A program made the translations under genes and the position numbers. A stretch of 25,061 nucleotides of DNA from an archaeon (GTDB lineage: Archaea; Asgardarchaeota; Thorarchaeia; Thorarchaeales; Thorarchaeaceae). Below the pieces are notes generated by a model. The model saw nothing but the letters and a program-made list of their open reading frames with translations, was not told the DNA's origin and searched no databases. Each line of letters starts with the position of its first letter. The first letter of the stretch is position 1. The stretch spans positions 1-25,061 of the forward strand of contig JAJRZD010000118.1 in NCBI GenBank assembly GCA_024275415.1, given 5' to 3'. Positions 17,035-23,884 of the stretch are shown piece by piece.

Positions 17035-17355
17035 TTGAATCGACTTGTGATCTATAACCTCGATATTGATTTACTAATCGACCTGCTAAGCAATCGTTGC
17101 TCTGATATCATATCAAAGGTCTGGCGTAGCGACACCCTCGTTTCAGGTGTCTTCATCCTTGAGGATGCTGAATCGCAGGAGCTAGGTGTAAGCATCACCA
17201 CCATAGTAGAGTATAGGCCGGATGACTCCAAATGCTCAGTCATTTTACATGCTGCACGTGTTGGTAAGGACATAGATGCTGCTGAGGCTGCAGAGGCACA
17301 ATTGCGACACACCTTGATTGAGTTTGCAGAGGAAAATAGATGGACTTGGAAGTAG
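17035..17355 (+). CDS. hypothetical alpha/beta protein, 106 aa (faint resemblance to DUF6054-type proteins)
   Basis: Fills the gap between two plus-strand genes. TTG start with GAGGGTA 4 nt upstream, acidic globular composition, and an alternating beta-strand pattern (GVSITTIVEY, KCSVILHA). Confidence 0.65.
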   Translation: MNRLVIYNLDIDLLIDLLSNRCSDIISKVWRSDTLVSGVFILEDAESQELGVSITTIVEYRPDDSKCSVILHAARVGKDIDAAEAAEAQLRHTLIEFAEENRWTWK

Positions 17356-17380
17356 AACCATTTGGAATATTCTCTATTCA

Positions 17381-17393
17381 GAAGCTTTTTAGA
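17381..17393 (+). promoter_or_regulatory. putative BRE/TATA element of the WD40 gene
   Basis: GAAGCTTTTTAGA about 45 nt upstream of ATG 17437. SD GGTGA lies 6 nt before that ATG. Confidence 0.45.
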
Positions 17394-17436
17394 GGTCTGG
17401 AAAGCTCGATTGCGTATACGCCTGTGGTGAGGCCAA

Positions 17437-18564
17437 ATGGAATCAAGAGAAATTTCTCTGTTTCTCAAACGTGAAACACTAAAGCCCGAAGCGGCTGTCG
17501 CCGGTGACATAACTCGTCGTCTGGCAATGAATCGAGTAGGTAGGATGATAGGTGCTGCATGTCAGGATCGAACGATTCGCCTATATGACGCGCGAAACTG
17601 TGAGGAGATCCAGCGCATCCAAGATGATGTCCTATGCACCTCGCTTGCTTTCAGTCCTAATGGTGCTTTCCTAGCTACAGGTGATGTCGGGCGCACCGTG
17701 AAGATCTGGGACATTCGTGAAGGAACACGCCTTGCCACATTAGAAGGTCATACGTACCCAGTTCTCTCTCTTGCATTCTCACCTGATGGGAACCATCTGG
17801 TTTCGGGAAGCGGTGATACTTCCCTCATTGTCTGGAATCTCGATTCGAACGAGAAGACACATCAATTACGGGGTCATTCTCTCTACGTCCTAAGTGTGGA
17901 TTGGGATCCCAATGACAACCGCATCGTTTCGTCTTCGGTTGATGCTACCATACGTGAATGGGATCCATATTCCGGAACACCGCTTGCCACACATGAAGAG
18001 CATCGCACCGCAGTCCAGCAGGTTCGTTTCTCACATGATGGGCAAAAACTTGCATCCGCGTCATCAGATCATGTCGTAGTATTATGGCTAGCAGAACATC
18101 CCCTCCGCGTTGAAAAGAGACTACATGCACATAACGAGGAGGTACGTGCAGTCGCATTCAGCCCAGATGGTAAATATCTCGCGTCTGGGTCTGCCGATAA
18201 GGCACTCTTTGTCTGGAATCTGGAAACTTTCACTGTTGAAGGGGAGGGAGTGACACCTAGCGAGATTGACGGGATAGAATGGTACCCTGACAAGCTCGCA
18301 TTCTTGACCGAGGATGACACCGGCGCCATAGTCCGTTGGGATGTGACAGAGCTTGATGCGATTCTCGAACCGTTTCGTAACCTACTCCAAGAGATTGAGA
18401 ATGATCCTGCTGGCAACAGGAGAGAGGAACTAATTAGAAAATACAATGAGGTCGTGTCAAACTACGACCCAGAAGTCCTTCGCGACAAACGACTTTTCTA
18501 TGTGAACTGGCAATGCAAGAAGGCATTGGGACTGCTGAAGGCGAAAGTCAGGAGTTCTTCCTAG
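17437..18564 (+). CDS. WD40-repeat seven-bladed beta-propeller with a C-terminal helical domain
   Basis: Seven WD40 units ending LYD, IWD, VWN, EWD, LWL, VWN and RWD, with GH/EH/AH starts and repeated 'SLAFSPDG..LASGS.D' cores. The tail of about 70 aa is amphipathic helical. Confidence 0.93.
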   Translation: MESREISLFLKRETLKPEAAVAGDITRRLAMNRVGRMIGAACQDRTIRLYDARNCEEIQRIQDDVLCTSLAFSPNGAFLATGDVGRTVKIWDIREGTRLATLEGHTYPVLSLAFSPDGNHLVSGSGDTSLIVWNLDSNEKTHQLRGHSLYVLSVDWDPNDNRIVSSSVDATIREWDPYSGTPLATHEEHRTAVQQVRFSHDGQKLASASSDHVVVLWLAEHPLRVEKRLHAHNEEVRAVAFSPDGKYLASGSADKALFVWNLETFTVEGEGVTPSEIDGIEWYPDKLAFLTEDDTGAIVRWDVTELDAILEPFRNLLQEIENDPAGNRREELIRKYNEVVSNYDPEVLRDKRLFYVNWQCKKALGLLKAKVRSSS

Positions 18565-19094
18565 GATACAGCGGTCGATTCCTCAATCATGGTCTTGCAG
18601 AGAGTGACATATGCTGCCTCGACGTTCTTTCCTGTGAGAGCACTTGACTCGACATAGAGATGGCCGTTCTCTTCTGCCCACTTCTGTCCTTCCTCTGTAG
18701 TCACGGCTCGACTATCTACAAGATCTACTTTATTTGCTACAACTACAAGAGGTATTTCTCGTGTTAGATTCTTGAACGCCTCATCTTTCCAATTCTGGAT
18801 ATTGAGAAATGTTCTTCTCCGTGTCACGTCATATACCAAGAGACCTCCTCGTGCCCCTCTGTAGAACCCTTGACGTACTACTTCGAACCGCGGTTGCCCT
18901 GCAAGATCCCACACCTGAAGTGTGACATTCACATCTATCTCGGGAATCTCAAGTTTCTTTATTGCGAAATCGGATCCAATCGTTCGTTTGTAGTCTGCAT
19001 CAAAGTACTCTTGTGTGAATCGTGTCGTGAGGGCTGTCTTGCCCACAGCACCATCTCCAAGCATAACAACTTTGAAGCGATATTCTCTCGGCAT
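18561..19094 (-). CDS. Rab-like small GTPase (177 aa), no prenylation motif
   Basis: G1 GDGAVGKT, G2 YKRTIGSDF, G3 VWDLAGQ, RF...RQGFYRGA, G4 NKVD, G5 ESSA. ATG 19094 has AAGGAGATGT upstream. Confidence 0.93.
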   Translation of the reverse strand: MPREYRFKVVMLGDGAVGKTALTTRFTQEYFDADYKRTIGSDFAIKKLEIPEIDVNVTLQVWDLAGQPRFEVVRQGFYRGARGGLLVYDVTRRRTFLNIQNWKDEAFKNLTREIPLVVVANKVDLVDSRAVTTEEGQKWAEENGHLYVESSALTGKNVEAAYVTLCKTMIEESTAVS

Positions 19095-19186
19095 AGCGAG
19101 ACATCTCCTTAAGATTGAGAGTGACACACCCCCTAAAAACCTAATGTAACTGTACTCAAAACGCAAGATACTACAGTGAGATATCA

Positions 19187-19194
19187 TTTAATAG
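19187..19194. promoter_or_regulatory. TATA-like box in the divergent Rab/Roadblock intergenic region
   Basis: TTTAATAG about 33 nt upstream of ATG 19228. Confidence 0.4.
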
Positions 19195-19227
19195 GGTAAT
19201 ACTGTGTTTCAGAGATAGAGTCATCGG

Positions 19228-19626
19228 ATGGAGACTACACATATGGAACGTCCAGACTACCGTTCACTAGTTACAATTCTCGAAGTTATGAATAAGGAAG
19301 GTGGCTTCTTTGCATCAGTCATAGCTAGGGATGATGGCTTCTTGATCGCATCCGATGTATCAGCAACGACTCACCCTGATGTTGTGGCTGCGATGTCTGG
19401 TTATGTCGCCGATACTGTTGAAAGAATGAGAGATGAATTGAAGCTGGGGGATCTCAAAGACATCTCCGTACGCTGCGGGAATGGTAAGGCCGTTTTCAGG
19501 AAAATTGCCTCGCAAGGCAGACAGGCACTTATCATTGCAGCTATCATGCCTAAACATGTGCGGTATCATGCTCGGGCAATCGGGAAAGCCTCTACTCAGA
19601 TCCGAAAAGTCCTTGGATATAGATAG
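19228..19626 (+). CDS. Roadblock/LC7 (MglB-like) domain protein
   Basis: SVIARDDGFLIAS...DVVAAMSG...TVERM..EL.LG.L..I.V.C.NGKAVF...ALIIAAI matches the Roadblock pattern. ATG 19243 is an alternative start. Confidence 0.85.
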   Translation: METTHMERPDYRSLVTILEVMNKEGGFFASVIARDDGFLIASDVSATTHPDVVAAMSGYVADTVERMRDELKLGDLKDISVRCGNGKAVFRKIASQGRQALIIAAIMPKHVRYHARAIGKASTQIRKVLGYR

Positions 19627-19713
19627 TCCCACATTTTTAATTTCCACTCAAAACATTCAAGTGGTGCATTTGAAATTAGATGATAGTACACCCTATATTA
19701 GGAGATACTCGGT

Positions 19714-20043
19714 GTGGATAAAGCGGCAGGCTCGAATGTGAGTGACAAACACACAGACGACACGATTGTGGATATTGTCTTTTTCAAGTCTGATACCTGT
19801 GCTTTCTGTCCGCGAGCCGAGGAGGTGCTCCGAGAAACAATCCAAGACTTTGGGCCAAGCGCGTTCAATCTTTCAATCGTGAATGTTTCACAGAATCCGG
19901 AGGCTGCCGAGGAGTATGGTGTATTTGCATTACCTACAATCATGATTGGAGGCATATCCGTTACAGGTATTCCTGAACCTGAAATGTTGATGAAGATGAT
20001 ACTTGGCTGTAAGATAGCCAAGAAACGGGGGTCTAGACAATGA
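19714..20043 (+). CDS. thioredoxin/glutaredoxin-fold protein (CAFC) with KaiB-like sequence
   Basis: CxxCP (TCAFCP), cis-Pro motif ALPTI, and the segment FNLSIVNVSQNPEAAEEYGVFALPT. The stop overlaps the ATG of the next KaiC-like gene (ATGA). Confidence 0.85.
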   Translation: MDKAAGSNVSDKHTDDTIVDIVFFKSDTCAFCPRAEEVLRETIQDFGPSAFNLSIVNVSQNPEAAEEYGVFALPTIMIGGISVTGIPEPEMLMKMILGCKIAKKRGSRQ

Positions 20044-20786
20044 GTGATTATGAAATTGACCGAGTAAAGACGGGCATTCCTGGATTAGACGAGCTTATTG
20101 AAGGTGGATTTCCACGAGGAGACACGATTCTCGTTGCAGGGAAAGCAGGAACCGGGAAGACGATTATGGCGAACCAGTTCCTGTATTATGGAGCCGTCAA
20201 ATATAATGAGCCGGGTGTGCTGGTAACCCTAGAGGAACCGCCTCGCGCTATCAAGAGGAACATGTTGAGATTCAACATGGATCTTGACTCTCTGGTTCAG
20301 CAAGGAATGTTGGCAATTGTTGATCTTTATCCCTCTAAAGAAGTCGCCCGAGTCAACATTGGCGAGTACCCAAGCTTTGACCTATCTGGACTGGAAGCAA
20401 TCATCATGAATCATGTGAACAAAATTGGTGCCAAGCGTGTGGTTATCGATACGCTTTCTATCTTGGCATACAAGTTCAGAAGTAGGGACATCCTCCGAGA
20501 GGAGTTCTTCAAGCTCACAGCAAACATCACACGACATGGTGCGACACTCCTGCTAACAAGTGAGATTCCTGCCCAAGACTCTGGACTGGGCGTCTTTGAT
20601 ATCGAAGCGTTCCTCGCGTCGGGAGTCGTTGTGCTCTATAATGAGAAGATTAGTGACACATCCCGCTCGCGGTCTATTGAGGTTCTCAAGCTCCGTGGCT
20701 CAAAACACAGTTCGAGGATCCATTCCATGAGGATTACTGATGAAGGAATTCGTGTGTGGCCCGGTGAGATTAGTCCTAGTCATTGA
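20040..20786 (+). CDS. single-domain KaiC/RAD55-family ATPase, KaiC CI-like
   Basis: RVKTGIPGLDELIEGGFP, Walker A GKAGTGKT, QFLYYG...EPGVLVTLEE, FDLS, Walker B RVVIDT, and Arg finger LKLRGS. Confidence 0.9.
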   Translation: MSDYEIDRVKTGIPGLDELIEGGFPRGDTILVAGKAGTGKTIMANQFLYYGAVKYNEPGVLVTLEEPPRAIKRNMLRFNMDLDSLVQQGMLAIVDLYPSKEVARVNIGEYPSFDLSGLEAIIMNHVNKIGAKRVVIDTLSILAYKFRSRDILREEFFKLTANITRHGATLLLTSEIPAQDSGLGVFDIEAFLASGVVVLYNEKISDTSRSRSIEVLKLRGSKHSSRIHSMRITDEGIRVWPGEISPSH

Positions 20787-20807
20787 GATTCAACAGAGGT
20801 GAAATAC

Positions 20808-21518
20808 GTGAATGAACAGCTGGATTCAAGCACATCGACAAGAATGCCAGCAAAGGTCAGTCCTATGATTGGTGACCTTGTTGAATTTGGCCAACTCACT
20901 CAGCTTTCATTCATGCTTTTGGGTCCTTTGGGTTCAGGGAAGACCACGTATGCTGAAGCCTATCTTGCAGAAGGACTAACCCTTGGATTTCCTGCTGTCT
21001 TTGTGACCACTGATGTTTCTCCCAGAGTCATTCGGAATGACATGAGTCGTCATGGTTGGAGCATTGACGAATATGAGAAAGAGGGTCGATTTGTCTTCAT
21101 CGATGGGTATTCGGAGAGGATGGGCGCACCAAGCACTGGCTCTGCTCGGTCACTCTCCAAGGTCGATGATGTCAGTGAGCTGGGAATCGCTCTCTCCGAT
21201 GTGCTAGAGGATCTTGTTGTAGCTCGCGTTGTGATTGATAGCCTTTCCACGCTGATCTTACATTCTGCTCCAGAAGCAATGCCCCGTGCAATTCAGCGGC
21301 TCAGCGGAAGAATCAAACAAGGGTCGCATAGTATCATGTTCATCCTTGAAGATGGTGTCCATGATGAGAAGACATACGCGACGTTCTCTTATCTGGCTGA
21401 CGCTGTTCTGCGATTCAAGATTGATGATAGTGGCGATAAACCATCCTATTACATCCGAATGGAACGTATGAGAGGAAGTGAAACTTCGAGGACTTGGCAT
21501 GATTTCATTATAACCTGA
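20808..21518 (+). CDS. second single-domain KaiC/RAD55-family ATPase (divergent; TTDV in place of the EE motif)
   Basis: Walker A GPLGSGKT, GRFVFIDGYS, Walker B ARVVIDSLSTL and RMRGS. Start moved from GTG 20799, which lies inside the SD GAGGTGA, to GTG 20808, 5 nt after that SD. Confidence 0.87.
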   Translation: MNEQLDSSTSTRMPAKVSPMIGDLVEFGQLTQLSFMLLGPLGSGKTTYAEAYLAEGLTLGFPAVFVTTDVSPRVIRNDMSRHGWSIDEYEKEGRFVFIDGYSERMGAPSTGSARSLSKVDDVSELGIALSDVLEDLVVARVVIDSLSTLILHSAPEAMPRAIQRLSGRIKQGSHSIMFILEDGVHDEKTYATFSYLADAVLRFKIDDSGDKPSYYIRMERMRGSETSRTWHDFIIT

Positions 21519-21532
21519 CATCTGCTTTCAGT

Positions 21533-21544
21533 GAAGCTTAAATT
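21533..21544 (+). promoter_or_regulatory. putative BRE/TATA element of the TPR-solenoid gene
   Basis: GAAGCTTAAATT about 40 nt before GTG 21585. SD AGAGGAGAG is at 21571-21579. Confidence 0.45.
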
Positions 21545-21584
21545 GATATGCTTTACATCCTGTAATCTATAGAGGAGAGTCATA

Positions 21585-23882
21585 GTGGATTCAGCACTCA
21601 AAGCGACACTAAGAGAAATATTATACGCCTCACTCTCCCTTGATGACGGGTTATCAGCGATTCAGAATTTTGCAATCACGAATGAGAAAGAGGGTTCTTC
21701 TCTCTACTTTGATATCGCACGAATTCTTGAAGAGATAATACTTCGCCGTCCGGGGCTGGCCAGCGCAAAAGTCACTGAACTGACCGTACGACTTGCATTT
21801 GATGAGGATATTGCTCTATGCAAGATGTTGACTCTCCTTGACGCTCGGTACAATACGATACATGAGATTGCGGAGTGCGAATTGCTTCCTGACATCGAGG
21901 CAATCCCAAAGCTTTTGGACATCCATGGCGAGTTGATTCAGGCGATGATTGATGCACTGGAACTCAATCTTCGTCCGCTTTTGCCCTTTTTAACAGATGC
22001 AGTTCTGGTGACGCTCGATGGCATTTCTACCCGTGGGCACAAAGCGACTACAGAAATGGTAGTTCACGAATCACATTATCTTTCAACTCTGCTCTCTGAA
22101 GCTAGAATCTTTGACTGTGCGGAAGCAATCCTAAACAGGTTGATGAGCCTGACAAGCGAGGACGATTTCTCTGAAATTGTTTTTGACGTATCATTGGATG
22201 AAGCATCAGTCTTGACAGAGATTGGTCTGTATAATGAATCCAGAAAAATACTCCACGACCTGCGTGACAACCCGAAGGTCATCAATGACCCCAGCAAGTA
22301 CGCTGCCGTATTGCTTCAACTTGCAGTCAACGAAACCCGCGATGACAATGTTTCTCATGAAACAGCAAGAGCGATTGCTGATGAGGCAGCTCAAAGGATT
22401 GACATGATTACAGACTGTGACACTTCGCCAAAGGAAGGCTTAGCTCTAGCACTTCTGGTGGTAGGGTCGAACATCTTGGTGAACGGATGGCGAGAAGCAG
22501 TTCCTGAAGGAATAGAACGACTACAAGATGCTTTGAAGATATTCGAGGGCATTGAAGACCCTGACATGTCCCAAACAGTACTACATGTGAAATGCCTGAC
22601 GGGATTGGGATTTGCCTATGGACTCATGCGTGACTATGAGCATGTATCAAAGAGCCTTCGCTATTTTAACCAAGCAATCACTGTATTGGAAAAACTCAGG
22701 AACACTAAAGAGTATGAAACTGATCTTGCCCGAGTTCACAATGCAATTGGGTGGGTGTGCCTTTCATCTGAATCAGATGAGTTCTGGGACACCGGAATCG
22801 AGTCTTTTGAGAAAGCAATTGGGATGCGAAACACTCTATGGACTAATGGTGAAATATCCGAACTGGAATTCTTAGGGAGCAAGGTAGGTTTGGCGCTCTC
22901 CCTGATCAGAAGTCCTGATGCTCACAGGGGTTCGATTATTGATGATATGCACTCAATACTCTCGCAGTATGCCCCCCTTTTTCCCACAGACAGACGTGCG
23001 TTCATTGAAACCGCAATCGCCATTTACAACCTTGTTTGGTTATCGATTCGCCATTCAATTGAAATTCCACAACGGATGATGCGCCTTTTGGATGATATTG
23101 ACAAGATGCTGGTCGAAGCTCGGGCATTAGAGGATTCGGTCTTTGTTCACGGTGCCTCCCTTGTCGTACCATACCTTACTTCCTCATGGGATTCGCTTCA
23201 AAAGAGGGCTTCGTTATTGAAAGAAAATCCACAGCTTGCGATAATCGCTCATCTAGCCTATGCTTTAGCAACAGCAAAGCGTAATATTCACGCCTCAAAC
23301 ATGGAAACCGTTTCTACTATCTCTGACGAGTTCGATGATACTGTATATTCAATTGACCCTCTCCTCGCACAGTATTGGAAAGGGCAAGCACGGCTGGGAC
23401 TTACTATCAAGCATTACTATGAGAACAAGGACTACTCCGCTCTTGCGACCGGATTGTATGCTGCATCCCAAGAGATGCGATCTATTGAGAATATCTCCAC
23501 TGACTATCTTGAGTCGGCCGAGTTCATTAGAGCTACGGCTCTCTCACTGTCAAAGTCATTGATGAAATTTGCAATGGTTCTCGCTGAGCATTTTGGAGCA
23601 TCTATCGAGTTTGAAGGTTCTGAACCTGACCCCGTTGAACTAGAAACCGAACAGTACGACTTCCTGTTGACAGGGGATTGGCTAGGTCTCTTGAAGATAT
23701 CCGATTCGTACTTGGATTTAGTAAAGGACTTGGAGTTCTCACAGGCACAGCCATATCTGAATGCAGTATTTTCAAACACAGCACGCGCATTAAGGATGAT
23801 GGATACTGTATCAATGATTGAAAGGCGAGTGTTCGCTCACCTTGGTGACATGATGAATGCCCGATACTATCTCCGGAAATAG
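21585..23882 (+). CDS. large all-alpha TPR-like solenoid protein (765 aa)
   Basis: Helical composition throughout. TPR-like units include CLTGLGFAYGLMRDYEHVSKSLRYFNQAITVLEKL and LARVHNAIGWVCL...GIESFEKAIGMR. No catalytic or transmembrane motif recognised. Confidence 0.75.
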   Translation: MDSALKATLREILYASLSLDDGLSAIQNFAITNEKEGSSLYFDIARILEEIILRRPGLASAKVTELTVRLAFDEDIALCKMLTLLDARYNTIHEIAECELLPDIEAIPKLLDIHGELIQAMIDALELNLRPLLPFLTDAVLVTLDGISTRGHKATTEMVVHESHYLSTLLSEARIFDCAEAILNRLMSLTSEDDFSEIVFDVSLDEASVLTEIGLYNESRKILHDLRDNPKVINDPSKYAAVLLQLAVNETRDDNVSHETARAIADEAAQRIDMITDCDTSPKEGLALALLVVGSNILVNGWREAVPEGIERLQDALKIFEGIEDPDMSQTVLHVKCLTGLGFAYGLMRDYEHVSKSLRYFNQAITVLEKLRNTKEYETDLARVHNAIGWVCLSSESDEFWDTGIESFEKAIGMRNTLWTNGEISELEFLGSKVGLALSLIRSPDAHRGSIIDDMHSILSQYAPLFPTDRRAFIETAIAIYNLVWLSIRHSIEIPQRMMRLLDDIDKMLVEARALEDSVFVHGASLVVPYLTSSWDSLQKRASLLKENPQLAIIAHLAYALATAKRNIHASNMETVSTISDEFDDTVYSIDPLLAQYWKGQARLGLTIKHYYENKDYSALATGLYAASQEMRSIENISTDYLESAEFIRATALSLSKSLMKFAMVLAEHFGASIEFEGSEPDPVELETEQYDFLLTGDWLGLLKISDSYLDLVKDLEFSQAQPYLNAVFSNTARALRMMDTVSMIERRVFAHLGDMMNARYYLRK

Positions 23883-23884
23883 TA

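Noticed and set aside
17000-17038. 12-codon uORF MKMKLVRIEGMP overlapping the start of the 106-aa gene, as a possible frameshifted N-terminus
   Set aside because: The TTG start has its own SD and there is no slippery site. Too short to support as a gene.
17052-17510. 152-aa minus-strand ORF
   Set aside because: Ser-rich, overlaps the WD40 start and promoter, and conflicts with the co-oriented plus-strand gene that has an SD.
19714-21518. Calling the Trx/KaiC genes a bona fide circadian clock (kaiB/kaiC symbols)
   Set aside because: There is no kaiA and no fused double-domain KaiC, KaiC2 lacks the EE motif and T432 equivalent, and the Trx also resembles ordinary archaeal thioredoxins. Reported as a hypothesis only.
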